Below are positions 1-10,295 of a stretch of 44,453 bases of DNA, one piece after another. The notes under the pieces were generated by a model that did not search any database, was not told the DNA's origin, and saw only the letters and a program-made list of their open reading frames with translations. Source of the DNA: an uncultured bacterium (GTDB lineage Bacteria > JAGOEH01). The DNA lies in NCBI GenBank assembly GCA_964632485.1, contig CAZWDO010000008.1, forward strand, positions 124,001 to 168,453. The letters run 5' to 3'. Every line of letters starts with the position of its first letter. The first letter of the stretch is position 1. The translations under genes and the position numbers were made by a program.

Positions 1-304
1 GATGGTTGATGGTCCATTGCATGGCGGTTTGGCGCCAGGGAGACGGGCTGTGGTTGTCGGGGAAGACAATTTTCCATAACCGGTCCACGATTTCGGATGG
101 CTGGATGAAGCGGAAGTTGAAAAAAATCTCGTTTTGCCTGGCGATCTGTCGGGAGAGCCATTGTCCCATTCCCGGAGTTTGAGTGATAATCCACACCGGT
201 TCAAAAACTTTTCGTTTTTGTCGCCCAATGTTTTCCGCCAGCTTTTCTGCCAGCATTTCCAGTCGATTGCTGGTAAATATTCGTGATATGGGTGATTGTT
301 TCAT
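1..304 (-). CDS. recC: Exodeoxyribonuclease V gamma chain, N-terminal part (runs off the window edge)
   Basis: Not in the ORF track. My translation from ATG at 304 gives MKQSPISRIFTSNRLEMLAEKLAE...PVWIITQTPGMGQWLSRQIARQNEIFFNFRF, matching the RecC N-terminal 'SNRLExL' and 'GMxxWL' motifs. The ATG overlaps the upstream stop (ATGA, 301-304). Confidence 0.85.
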   Translation of the reverse strand, partial: MKQSPISRIFTSNRLEMLAEKLAENIGRQKRKVFEPVWIITQTPGMGQWLSRQIARQNEIFFNFRFIQPSEIVDRLWKIVFPDNHSPSPWRQTAMQWTINH

Positions 305-3300
305 TTTTTTAAATAATCGAGAATCTGTTTCATGAGCATGAAGCGTTGCTTTTTCTCAATGATCGATTCTAAAGGAAATCCGATAGTAATCGAACGGTAT
401 ACACCTTCATAGGCAACTGCGGCGCTGAAGCGATTGTCGCTGTATTGCAGGATAGACCGGCTTTGTTTGGTGGGATAAAGCGCATCCGGGGCTTCAACGC
501 TATAAAAATCCCCGGACAAGCTCTGGTTGAAGCGCAGGGGGTTCTTATCGGAAAAGATAGTAGTATCGATGGGAGAAACGCTGCCGGAATTTGTTGCCCG
601 GGGAGCGTGTTTTTCAATTTGCAAAATTGTCTTAGCGAATTGGTGACGCTCAGCGGCGTCTTCTCCGGCGCGAAAAAGCTCCGTTCCTGGAAAAGCTCCG
701 TTGATTAATAAGCTTTTATTGCTTTTACAGAATTGAGTTAGTTTCGTGATCAAGGGAGTTGGAAAGGCCTGATAATCAAATTCTCGTGATTTAGGTATAA
801 TGGTTTTATTTTGAGTGGATGGAAATGTCGTCAATTTTTCTTCTCCGAGAATCAGATCGATGATTTTATATTCATTAAGGTTGATGACGGAATCCCAAAC
901 CGCTTCATCACTGGCTGTTACGAAGGAGTAACCGGCTTCGAGAATGGCTTCGCCATGGATAATGGAATGATCGTGAGTATTACCTTTGATCGGTTGGGCT
1001 TCATAATTGCCGTAGCTATTGCCCCATCCGGGCGCATCATTGAAAATAAAAGGAGATAAGGGATCGAAATCGAATTGTTCTCCCGTAAAATTTAACGTAT
1101 AATTATCGGGCACTCCCTGATCGCGGTTCAGCAAAAGTCCTTTGAAGTTATTGTTTTCGACTAATCCAGGGATCGAAACCCGGTCAAAGGCCTGAACTAC
1201 CAATACAGTCGGAAGTTTACGCCCGCTGTTCGCAAAGGCGATCGTTTCGGAGGGCATACTTTCCCCCCCGCTGTTCCAGGCAGTGATATAAAGGCAATAA
1301 AGGGTATTTTTTTTAAGTTTTTCCAGTGTAAACTCGGCATGTGGCGTATAGGTTCCCGCATCAAAATTGCCTTGTGCGCCTTCCCGCAGATACACGACAT
1401 AACCGCTGGGAACCGCTAATGGCTCTGTGGGGTCTTGCGTGGGGCGCCAGGTAATTTGAATTTGATTGGCGCGCTGGAAATGCGCTTCCAGGTGGGAGAC
1501 TGGTAAGGGTTGTACCATCGATTCCTGGCTATAGTTTCCGGCAATATAGCGCAGCATGGCTTTGTAAATTGCCCGGCAGACAGTGAATTGAAAATGGGGG
1601 TCCAAGCCGTATTTCATATCAGCAAAGTTTTGATGAGAAAGCAGTTCCAATAAGCAGGAGGGAACATTGGGCCGTGAGGCCTCACTGTAGCCGGCATTTC
1701 GCAGGTCCCGTCGTTGCCAATCCACGTCGAAACTGGCGCGAATATCGTCAACGATCTGAGTCTGGATCAGGTCCGAAAAATCACGATTGGCAAAGCGCGA
1801 GGTGGAATCGGGGAATTGGATATTATCGTTGAAATCTTTCAGAGAATAAATGGAGAGAGTGCCGACAATTCCATCCAAGGAATCGATTCCCGCATCAGTA
1901 TGAAATCCAAAGCTGAGATCGATCGGAATCCCTAATCCGCGGGAATCCCGTTTTTTATTTGGGCCGTAGGGGGCGCCTATCAGGTAGTTCACCCATTCCC
2001 CGCGACATTGATAATCATCGTTATAATTATTTTCCCCTTTATTGAGGTTGTAAACCAGAGTGTCCGGAATGCCGGCATACTGGAGGTACGTACGCGCTCC
2101 CTCGGCGAATCGCGGTTTCCCGCTGGTTTGGCCATTAAATGCGATATTGCCCATCCCGCCTCCAAAGCGGACGGCATCGGCCGTTACAATTTTCCCGGGT
2201 GTCTGGCTGATATTAGTTAAACTGATCTTCCCGATTTTCGCATTCATTCCTTTATCGAACCAGAACCGTCCCAAATAAATCCAGGTTTTACCCCCCATGG
2301 TCTGGTTGACGAGAAACTGCGTGGAGCCATTTGTATGATAGACCGTATAAAGAGCGTCATTAACTGAATTGCTGTCGCTATAATAGGAAATATAAACGGC
2401 ATAATAACCCATTTCCGGAATGTCCGGAATCCAGTCGATTCGCGCCGTGGCTTTATCCTGGCTGGCGCAATAGCGGTAAGTTCCTTTTAAAAATGGGTTT
2501 TCATTGGGCTGATAGGGCAGTTTGCCGGTGGCAAACCCTTTCTCCCTGCCATTCGACCAGTAACCCCTGCCTTCTTCTTGATATTCTCCCCCGGTATTTG
2601 GCGAGTCATTGTCCACAACGGTTTCGCGGCTTTGCCAGTCCCGCTCGCGGGGAATGAATACGTATGCCCCGGCATTTTCAAGCATAGGAACCAGGTAGTT
2701 ATAGATAAAATTCAAGGGATAAAGGTCCTCGACATTAGTAAAAAGACGGGGACGCTGCCATTCCCAGCGCTTCTCTAATAAGGAATAGTACCACCCATGG
2801 CTGGGCCATAGCGCGATATGGCGATTGAACAATCCCCGCGCCGCCTGTCGATCATTTTTGTCCAGATTTTGAACTTGGGGATGCAGGGTATGAGCTCGTA
2901 AGTATTTGGGGATCCTCGATGAATCAATATCGCATCTATCTCTGAAATAGTTTGGCACCAGTTGTTCGACTGGCAATTTGAGCGTGATCAGATTTAACTG
3001 ATAATTGTGGAACCCATTGCCTAAATATCTCTTGAGCAGCCGTTTTATTGACAAGATGGTATCGGCTCGAAAGGGACGCTGCGCGAACTGTTCGGAAAAG
3101 TAGATTGACATTGTTTTTTTAGTTGTGTCAATTTCCACTTTATGTAGTTGCGTATGAAAGGGAATGATACTGCGGTAAGGCACTTGTGAATTTTCCTGAA
3201 TACACCATTGAATCATCAATGCGGCAACGTTTTGCATAGTTTCTATATCTTTGAAGATAATCGGTTCCTGACTGTCGGGTGCATATTGTTCCACTCTTTC

Positions 3301-3405
3301 GATCATTTCACCCGGTTTTTCCCCGGGCTTTTTTGTGAAGAGTGTCGAGCAATGGATGATGAACAAGCTCAAAGAGATAATGAAAACCAATACGTAACGT
3401 GGCAT
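301..3405 (-). CDS. Large lipoprotein: Zn-dependent N-acetylmuramoyl-L-alanine amidase-like domain with a golvesin-like insert and FN3 domain (often annotated 'xanthan lyase' in Bacteroidota)
   Basis: Hydrophobic N-terminus ending in IIHC. Amidase-like motifs HIALWPSHG, ED, FHTDAG and LLELLSHQN. Golvesin-like YAVYISY...ADAVRFGGG. FN3-like WRP...GYVVY...ITAWNSGGES. Confidence 0.7.
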   Translation of the reverse strand: MPRYVLVFIISLSLFIIHCSTLFTKKPGEKPGEMIERVEQYAPDSQEPIIFKDIETMQNVAALMIQWCIQENSQVPYRSIIPFHTQLHKVEIDTTKKTMSIYFSEQFAQRPFRADTILSIKRLLKRYLGNGFHNYQLNLITLKLPVEQLVPNYFRDRCDIDSSRIPKYLRAHTLHPQVQNLDKNDRQAARGLFNRHIALWPSHGWYYSLLEKRWEWQRPRLFTNVEDLYPLNFIYNYLVPMLENAGAYVFIPRERDWQSRETVVDNDSPNTGGEYQEEGRGYWSNGREKGFATGKLPYQPNENPFLKGTYRYCASQDKATARIDWIPDIPEMGYYAVYISYYSDSNSVNDALYTVYHTNGSTQFLVNQTMGGKTWIYLGRFWFDKGMNAKIGKISLTNISQTPGKIVTADAVRFGGGMGNIAFNGQTSGKPRFAEGARTYLQYAGIPDTLVYNLNKGENNYNDDYQCRGEWVNYLIGAPYGPNKKRDSRGLGIPIDLSFGFHTDAGIDSLDGIVGTLSIYSLKDFNDNIQFPDSTSRFANRDFSDLIQTQIVDDIRASFDVDWQRRDLRNAGYSEASRPNVPSCLLELLSHQNFADMKYGLDPHFQFTVCRAIYKAMLRYIAGNYSQESMVQPLPVSHLEAHFQRANQIQITWRPTQDPTEPLAVPSGYVVYLREGAQGNFDAGTYTPHAEFTLEKLKKNTLYCLYITAWNSGGESMPSETIAFANSGRKLPTVLVVQAFDRVSIPGLVENNNFKGLLLNRDQGVPDNYTLNFTGEQFDFDPLSPFIFNDAPGWGNSYGNYEAQPIKGNTHDHSIIHGEAILEAGYSFVTASDEAVWDSVINLNEYKIIDLILGEEKLTTFPSTQNKTIIPKSREFDYQAFPTPLITKLTQFCKSNKSLLINGAFPGTELFRAGEDAAERHQFAKTILQIEKHAPRATNSGSVSPIDTTIFSDKNPLRFNQSLSGDFYSVEAPDALYPTKQSRSILQYSDNRFSAAVAYEGVYRSITIGFPLESIIEKKQRFMLMKQILDYLKK

Positions 3406-3426
3406 GATAACCTTCCTTTACAGATG

Positions 3427-3855
3427 CTACAATGTGTAGATTTGTCGATCTTCCAGAATATCGATCTTGTTTTGAAGCAAAATGTTTTCAGCTTCCGGGA
3501 ATTTTTGAACTTCCAAAACAACAGCGGCATGTTTGGAATTTTCAAGAATAAAACCGTAGCAATCTTCAATATTGATTTGGTTGTTGGAGAGTAACGCAAG
3601 CAGCCGATGAAGGGAACCGGGACGATCATCAATTTTAGCCACAATAATGAAGCGTTTAGAGACAATCATGTGGTTCTCTTTTAGGACGTCGTATCCTTTA
3701 TCGGGATCATCGACTAAAACTTTAAGAACTCCAAACTCGCCTCCGCTGGCAAGTGTCATGGCGCGGATGTTGATATGATGTTCACCCAGGATCGCTGTAA
3801 TTTTATTCAGTTTGCCGGGATGGTTTTCCACAAAAATTGAAAGATGATGAGCCAT
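3427..3855 (-). CDS. Tandem ACT-domain protein (PaaK-associated type)
   Basis: Two ACT repeats (LSIFVENHPGKL...NINI; DDRPGSL...NQINI), directly downstream of a paaK-like gene. Confidence 0.9.
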   Translation of the reverse strand: MAHHLSIFVENHPGKLNKITAILGEHHINIRAMTLASGGEFGVLKVLVDDPDKGYDVLKENHMIVSKRFIIVAKIDDRPGSLHRLLALLSNNQINIEDCYGFILENSKHAAVVLEVQKFPEAENILLQNKIDILEDRQIYTL

Positions 3856-3866
3856 ATTGGGTCTCC

Positions 3867-5171
3867 TTATATGGACAGTTCATTGTTGCGGTAATCATAC
3901 ACGCGTTTGGCTTTGCCTTCGCTTACCGGTAATGAACCGGGTTCGACCAGTTTAACGATGGGTGTAACGACCAGTTCGGTCCGCATCTGTTCTATCAGTT
4001 GATGCTGTAAGTGTTCCAGGTCCGGGAGAGAACCGCTGAAAAACTGTTCACTTAATTCAACTTTGACGACCAGTTTATCCATGAAATTCTGTTTATGAAT
4101 TTCGATGATATAATGAGCGCCGACCTCAGGTATTCCCATCAGGGCTTTTTCGATCTGCATGGGGAAGATATTAACCCCATTGATGATAAGCATATCATCG
4201 GTTCGCCCTTTAATACGGGCGATACGGGCATGGGTCCGGCCGCAGGAACAGGGTTCGGTCGTAAGCGTGGTTAAATCGCGGGTGCGATAGCGCAAAAGCG
4301 GCATTCCTTCTTTTTGCAGGGTTGTAATAACCAGTTCCCCTTCCTCCCCATCGGATCGGATGGCGCCGGTATGAGGATCGATAATTTCGACCAGGAAATG
4401 GTCTTCCCAGATATGCATTCCCTGTTGGGCGGGGCATTCAAAAGCCACACCAGGGCCGCATATTTCCGAAAGGCCATAGGAATTGTAGGCTTTGATCTGG
4501 TAAAAATCTTCGATTTTTTGTCGGGTTTCCGCGGTATGGGGTTCGGCGCCGATAAAAGCGACTTTCACCTGAGTATCCACCCCGGGCTTAATATCCAGTT
4601 CCCGGAAATAGGCCATCAAATGGAGGGCATAACTGGGTAGAATATGAATGACCGTTGTTTTGAAGGTTTGCATAAACCATATCTGGCGTTTGCTGTTGCC
4701 GGGACCTGAAGGAATGGTCAGCATGCCGAGTTTTTCCGCGCCATAGTGGAATCCGAGTCCACCGGTAAAAAGGCCATACCCCATCATGTTTTGAAACACA
4801 TCCCCGGGGCGTACCCCGGTCATGTACATAGAACGTGCCAATAAATCGCTCCATTGCTCAATATCGTTGCGGGTGTAAAATACCACAGTCGGGGTTCCGG
4901 TTGTGCCGGACGAAGAGTGGAGACGAACCAATTCTGTCAATGGAACCGTTAAAAACCCATAAGGGAAATAATCCCGCAGGTTCTGTTTTTCGGTAAAGGG
5001 GATATCGCTGAGTAGCGCGAGGGGGTCGGTGGTTTCCAAATCTATTTTTTTTAAAATTGCGCCATAATAGGGGGATTGAGCGGCGCGTTTCAGGGTCTGT
5101 CGCAACATTTCCCGTTGATGCGTGGTTCGTTCCGCGCGGGGACGGGTCTCTTCCTGTTTGTCCCAGTACAT
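3867..5171 (-). CDS. paaK: Phenylacetate--CoA ligase family protein
   Basis: RLHSSSGTTGTP, YGLFTGGLG, YGLSEICGPGV, PLLRYRTRD, GRTDDMLII and terminal GKAKRV motifs. Confidence 0.9.
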   Translation of the reverse strand: MYWDKQEETRPRAERTTHQREMLRQTLKRAAQSPYYGAILKKIDLETTDPLALLSDIPFTEKQNLRDYFPYGFLTVPLTELVRLHSSSGTTGTPTVVFYTRNDIEQWSDLLARSMYMTGVRPGDVFQNMMGYGLFTGGLGFHYGAEKLGMLTIPSGPGNSKRQIWFMQTFKTTVIHILPSYALHLMAYFRELDIKPGVDTQVKVAFIGAEPHTAETRQKIEDFYQIKAYNSYGLSEICGPGVAFECPAQQGMHIWEDHFLVEIIDPHTGAIRSDGEEGELVITTLQKEGMPLLRYRTRDLTTLTTEPCSCGRTHARIARIKGRTDDMLIINGVNIFPMQIEKALMGIPEVGAHYIIEIHKQNFMDKLVVKVELSEQFFSGSLPDLEHLQHQLIEQMRTELVVTPIVKLVEPGSLPVSEGKAKRVYDYRNNELSI

Positions 5172-5179
5172 TCTATCTC

Positions 5180-6352
5180 CTATTCTGAAAATTTTCGAAC
5201 ATCACCTTTGATGATGGTCATTAAAACTTTGAATTCCTGGTCGAAAACGACCACATCGCCATCTTTGCCCGGTAGCAAGGAACCAATGCGGTCCTGCAGA
5301 TTGAGAACTGTGGCAGGATTAAGGTTGGCCATACGAACCGCCGCTTCCATGGGAATGCCGATTTCATGAAGTTTTTCTATCCCGCGTATCATCGTCAGCG
5401 CGGAACCGGCTATTGTATGGTCCTGAGAGCGTTTGAAAACACCCTCATCGAAATAGACTTCTTCATGGTTGGCGATTAGTTTTCCACTGCGTTGTTCAGT
5501 GGGTTTCAAGGCATCGGTAACCATTACGATTTTATCGATCGGTTTGACGCGCATCAACAGTTTGAGGATGGCCGGATGCAGATGGTATCCATCGGCGATT
5601 ACTTCACATGAAACCTCCGGATGGATCAAGATAGCGCCGACCACACCGGGATCACGATGATGCTGACGACGCATGGCATTGAAAAAATGGGTGGAATGAG
5701 TGATTCCTGCCTGAAATCCTTCGAGCATATTTTCATAGGTCGCATTGGTATGGCCGGCGGATAGTTTAATTTTGTGTTTAATGCAGAACAAGGCCAGGTC
5801 GCGCATGTTCTTGAGTTCAGGGGCGACAGTCATGATGGCGATATGACCTTGGGCAGCTTCGAGATAGGAGGTCATTAGATCAAGATCGACCTCGCGCATG
5901 TGGGTCGGGTCGAGAACTCCCTGCTTGTCGCGGGAGACAAACGGCCCTTCCAGGTGCAGCCCCAGTATCTTCGCTCCCGGTTCCTTGCCGATGGCGGATA
6001 CCACCGTGCGGATGCAGTGCAGAAAATGTTCTTGATCCTGGGGGTATAATGTAGGGCAAAAGCCGGTGACCCCATATTCGAGTAACGACTGAGACATGCC
6101 GAGCACAGCTTCTTCCGTGCCATCAGACGTATCGAAGCCGTTAATGCCATGAATATGAGTATCTAAAAACCCCGCTGCGATATTGGCGCCATGTAAATAA
6201 TAAATTTTAGTGTCTGCGGGTAACTGTCGCTGTTTCAGCCGCGCATTGCTGATCACATCCTCGATCAGCCCGTCGCGAATGATCACCGTGCTCTTGGGCA
6301 AAACGGTAATACCGGTATAAACGGTTCCATCATATAAACATATTGCGCTCAT
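5180..6352 (-). CDS. nagA: N-acetylglucosamine-6-phosphate deacetylase
   Basis: GFLDTHIHG, GLHLEGPF, TVAPE, GHTNAT, THFFNAM, ADGYH, VTDA and IAGSALTM motifs. Confidence 0.93.
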   Translation of the reverse strand: MSAICLYDGTVYTGITVLPKSTVIIRDGLIEDVISNARLKQRQLPADTKIYYLHGANIAAGFLDTHIHGINGFDTSDGTEEAVLGMSQSLLEYGVTGFCPTLYPQDQEHFLHCIRTVVSAIGKEPGAKILGLHLEGPFVSRDKQGVLDPTHMREVDLDLMTSYLEAAQGHIAIMTVAPELKNMRDLALFCIKHKIKLSAGHTNATYENMLEGFQAGITHSTHFFNAMRRQHHRDPGVVGAILIHPEVSCEVIADGYHLHPAILKLLMRVKPIDKIVMVTDALKPTEQRSGKLIANHEEVYFDEGVFKRSQDHTIAGSALTMIRGIEKLHEIGIPMEAAVRMANLNPATVLNLQDRIGSLLPGKDGDVVVFDQEFKVLMTIIKGDVRKFSE

Positions 6353-6394
6353 AGTGTTCCTTTTTTATGTGTCATATTTGCCTGATGTTCGTTC

Positions 6395-6423
6395 ATTTTA
6401 ATACTGTTTTTAGGATAAATCAA
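6395..6423 (-). promoter_or_regulatory. Putative sigma70 promoter for the nagA-paaK-ACT-amidase-recC run
   Basis: Minus strand TTGATT-17 bp-TAAAAT, about 40 nt upstream of the nagA ATG. Confidence 0.55.
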
Positions 6424-6553
6424 GAAAAAAAAATAACTTTATGAAATATATCCTCCAGATAAATATCGGGTTAGTTTTTAAGCTCCAAAAAAAGAGCCCT
6501 CGTTTTGACGAGTTTATTGAGGTCAGACTGCCGATTTTTTTACTGTCAAGCGC

Positions 6554-7891
6554 TCATTTCTGTTTTAATTGATCCAATATTCCGGCAAGCAAAGCGACTT
6601 CCAGGGGCGGAATGCTCTGGTAGCTTTGCATTATAGAGGTCGCTTCAGTGGAGAGTTGATTCCTTTTTGATGGAGAAGTGATCAATAAACACATTACATC
6701 AAACAACTCCCTTGGAGTGTGAACCACAATAATTCCATTTTTTTGCAATAATGGGTTGATAATGTCGTTAAAATTTGAGAATGAGGGTCCGATGACTGTC
6801 GGAATCTGTTGAAATATGGGTTCAATTACGTTATGACCATTCCAGTTGGGTTCAAAACTTCCGCCAACAAATGCGATATCAGCCTGGCTGTAAAGAGAGT
6901 TAAGATCCCCGAATGCATCTATTAATAAAATCTCGTATTCAGGATTCAATTCGGCGCCTCTATCTTTCCATAAACAAAATGGCGTATTCAAATGCGTGAA
7001 TAAAGCGATATAGTTATCCAGATTTCGATAGCTATGTCGTGGAACCATAATTAACTTCAGTCGATATCTTTTTTTAAGTCTTAAAAAAACATGAGTGATT
7101 AATTTTAATTCCACTTGGGGGTGAATACTTCCCGCAATCCATATTAATTCATCTTCGGAGAGATGCCAAACTTGACGAATGTTATCATACGCTGTTGAGC
7201 TGTGAATCAAGGAGATTGGATACCATTTCATAGAATTGCCGATTGCGATTCGATTGGGTTCAACACCCAATTCAACCAACTGATTAGCATGAGTTTCGCT
7301 TTCGGTAACTGCAAAAGAGATTGCTTTGAAAGATCTGATGGCCTCTATTTGAATAGAAGAAGGCAGGGAATCAATATAATTTTTTGTCAACAAACATTTA
7401 GCAGAGAGCATAAAAACCGGTATTTTTTTCCATCCCGCGGCCATGCGGACGATTCGTGTCATCGATAAACCCGAATGTTCAATCAGGAAAAGCGCATCCG
7501 GGCATAAAGTACTAAACATGGAAAGGATATAAGCGCTGTTATCAGAGAATTTTAATATATGCGCCGGATCAATTTGCTGAGATAAGATAATGTCAAAATC
7601 TCTGGCAAAGCTGGTGATCCACCATATAAACCGAAATCCTTGTTGCTCTAACCAATGGATGATCAATTGGGAAATAATGAATTCACCATACCCGGAACAG
7701 CAAAAAACAATGCTAAGAGTTTTGGTTTGCTGAAATCCGTGTAACTGCATATTGGGGGTGAAATCAAGCATCATTTTTTGGGGATTGGATAGATGGGATT
7801 GAATCTCAAATAGATCATTCCTGGTGAGAAACTGCCCTCCAGTTGCATACGCCGGCATTTCCGGAATATCATTTAAGAATGATAGTTTCAT
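6554..7891 (-). CDS. Divergent Kdo transferase-like (WaaA/KdtA, GT30) glycosyltransferase
   Basis: SGYGE (cf. SVGE), WIAGSIHP, LIMVPRH, IDAFGDLNSLYSQADIAFVGGSF, GHNVIEP and GPSFSNF match the WaaA motif series. The N-terminus is atypical. Confidence 0.75.
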   Translation of the reverse strand: MKLSFLNDIPEMPAYATGGQFLTRNDLFEIQSHLSNPQKMMLDFTPNMQLHGFQQTKTLSIVFCCSGYGEFIISQLIIHWLEQQGFRFIWWITSFARDFDIILSQQIDPAHILKFSDNSAYILSMFSTLCPDALFLIEHSGLSMTRIVRMAAGWKKIPVFMLSAKCLLTKNYIDSLPSSIQIEAIRSFKAISFAVTESETHANQLVELGVEPNRIAIGNSMKWYPISLIHSSTAYDNIRQVWHLSEDELIWIAGSIHPQVELKLITHVFLRLKKRYRLKLIMVPRHSYRNLDNYIALFTHLNTPFCLWKDRGAELNPEYEILLIDAFGDLNSLYSQADIAFVGGSFEPNWNGHNVIEPIFQQIPTVIGPSFSNFNDIINPLLQKNGIIVVHTPRELFDVMCLLITSPSKRNQLSTEATSIMQSYQSIPPLEVALLAGILDQLKQK

Positions 7892-7970
7892 TTTTTCCCC
7901 ATTATTGAAAGATGATTTTTATCGTCTGACCAGGAAATTAAATTAAAAACCAACAAAGACAAAAAAATCA

Positions 7971-7999
7971 TTGACAAATATAGCTTCATCGATTACCAT
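7971..7999 (+). promoter_or_regulatory. Putative sigma70 promoter of ltaE
   Basis: TTGACA (7971-7976)-17 bp-TACCAT (7994-7999), followed by SD AAGGAG and ATG at 8022. Confidence 0.6.
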
Positions 8000-8021
8000 A
8001 CAAAGGAAAAAAGGAGCTATT

Positions 8022-9068
8022 ATGAAGATAATTTTCGATTTTCGTTCCGATACGGTTACGCGACCTACCCTGGCGATGAGGCAAGCAATGGCCGAAGCGC
8101 CGGTAGGAGATGATGTTTTACGGGAGGATCCAACGGTGAATGAATTGGAATCGTTGGCCGCCAATATGATGTGCAAGGAATCGGCCTTGTTTGTACCTTC
8201 CGGTACATTTGGCAATCAGGTGTGTCTGATGACGCATTGTCAACGGGGAAATGAAGTGATTATCTCCGAGCAGGCGCATATAATCGCGCATGAAGTAGGA
8301 GCGGCATCGGTTTTGGCTGGTGTGCAGTTACGCGCTATTAATCCGGCGCGCGGCTGGCTGGAATGGGGGGAAATAGAGCCGCGGATTCGTCGGGGAGAGG
8401 ATATCCATTATCCCTGTACCGGATTGATTTGTTTGGAGAATGCGCTATCCAATGGAGATGTTCAGCCACTGTCAGTGATGCGAGAGATATATTTAAGTGC
8501 TGGAATGCTGAAAGTGCCGGTCCATTTGGATGGCGCGCGGATATTCAATGCTGCGTTGGCATTGGGAGCATCGGCTGCGGATATCGCTTCCTGCGCCGAT
8601 TCAGTGATGTTTTGTCTGTCCAAGGGATTGTCCGCGCCTGTAGGATCCCTGGTCGTCGGAACGCGCGAATTTGTGGAGAAGGCGCGAAAAATGCGTAAAT
8701 TGATGGGTGGCGGAATGCGTCAGGCTGGCATTATTGCTGCCGCTGGCATCATCGCGCTGCGTGAAATGACCCGCCGTCTGGGTGAAGATCATCGCCATGC
8801 TCGTATTCTGGCTGAAATTTTTGCTCGAAATTCTCTATTTGAAATCGATTTGGATCGGGTAAAAATCAATATGTTTTTTGTCCGTTTTCGGGATACTGCT
8901 TTTCGCGGTCGGGAAGATGAATTGGTCGAACGCCTGGCCCGGGTGAATATTCTGACATACCCGCCGGAAAACGGTTGGATTCGGTTTGTCACTCATGCGG
9001 ACATTCCGGCGAATGCTATTGAATATTTTGAGGAACATTTAAGTCAGATTTTGTCGTCAATGGCATAA
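8022..9068 (+). CDS. ltaE: Low-specificity L-threonine aldolase (PLP-dependent)
   Basis: DFRSDTVTRPT, VGDDV, FVPSGTFGN, HLDGARIFNA, CLSKGL and GGGMRQAG motifs. Start moved to the ATG at 8022 behind AAGGAG. Confidence 0.93.
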   Translation: MKIIFDFRSDTVTRPTLAMRQAMAEAPVGDDVLREDPTVNELESLAANMMCKESALFVPSGTFGNQVCLMTHCQRGNEVIISEQAHIIAHEVGAASVLAGVQLRAINPARGWLEWGEIEPRIRRGEDIHYPCTGLICLENALSNGDVQPLSVMREIYLSAGMLKVPVHLDGARIFNAALALGASAADIASCADSVMFCLSKGLSAPVGSLVVGTREFVEKARKMRKLMGGGMRQAGIIAAAGIIALREMTRRLGEDHRHARILAEIFARNSLFEIDLDRVKINMFFVRFRDTAFRGREDELVERLARVNILTYPPENGWIRFVTHADIPANAIEYFEEHLSQILSSMA

Positions 9069-10295
9069 ATTTTACCGTTTTTCATAACGTATTCAGCCAG
9101 ATTGACTCCCATCAGATAAGGAACCATTTCGGGTGACGGGTTGCGCCAGATAATCAGATCGGCCTGATATCCGGGAGCGATACAACCGATGCGTTCATGG
9201 CAGCGCAGGGCATAAGCCGCCTGGATCGTTACGCTGTTCAGCAGTTCGGCAAATGAGCAGTGATAGCGGAGAGCGGCCAGATGCAGCATCAGTGGGATAC
9301 TCAGACAGGGCGCGGATCCGGGGTTGAAATCAGTGGCCAAGGCGGCGATCCCGCCGGAATCGAGAAACTGCCGCCAGGGAGCCGGGTATTCATGGCCCAG
9401 AACAAGTTCGGCTACCGGCAGGAATAGCGCGCAGATATCACTCTGCGCCAGACGGGATATTTTATCTTCTGCAATGAGTTCCAGATGGTCCAGGGAATCA
9501 AGCTGAAATTCCAGGGCGAGTTCAACAGCGCCTATATCATGCAACTGGTTGGCATGAGCGCATAAATGGTAGCCTAATTCATGGGCTGTTTTAAAAATTA
9601 TCCGCGCATCTTCAACTGAATACGCGTTTTCTTCAATAAAAATATCGCACCGTTGACAATATTTCCGAAATGCCGGGAGCATCTCCTTGATCAGCTCATG
9701 GAAATATTCATCTTTTGATTTGGTTTTTGGATAAACATGAGCCCCCAGAAAAGTGGGAATCAATTCTACCGGCTGTATTCGGTTCAATTCGGCAATCACC
9801 TGCAATATTTTTTCTTCCTGAAAAAAATCGAGTCCATACCCGGTCTTGACTTCCATCGTGGTCGTACCCTGACGCAGCGCCTGCCGAAGAAAGAAAAGTC
9901 CCTGACGGATCAACTGTTCTTTTGAACTTTGATGCAGCGCTTGGACTGTGGCGTGAATACCGCCTCCCTGCCGTTGAATCTCAAGATATGTTGCGCCCTG
10001 CAAGCGGGCATAGAATTCTCCGGATCGTTCTCCGGCAAAAATCAAATGGGTATGAGCGTCAATAAATCCCGGAGTTACACTCCGTTCCTGTCCGACAATA
10101 ATCAACGCGTTTGGATTCTGAGGTGAAANNNNNNNNNNGATTGGGTCCGACTGCCTGGATCAGATTATCCCTAATAAGGATATCAACGTTTTCCAATATG
10201 TCTAATTTTTGTATTGCGTTTCCGCGTAATGGAAACGGCGCCGGAGGCGTGAGCGCCCGACGGATATCCTTGATCAAAATTTCGTTGGGGCTCAA
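9044..10295 (-). CDS. hutI: Imidazolonepropionase (one gene spanning the N gap at 10129-10138)
   Basis: ORFs 10059..10295 (N-terminal beta-sandwich) and 9044..10105 (PGFIDAHTH, GGGIHATV, EVKTGYGL, TFLGAH, ATDFNPGSAP) join across the gap. The TTG start abuts the hutU stop. Confidence 0.9.

Noticed and set aside
10059-10295. Apparent frameshift or pseudogene in hutI (likewise at 24306 and 27280)
   Set aside because: The breaks coincide with 10-N scaffold gaps of arbitrary length, so they are assembly artefacts and not biological frameshifts.
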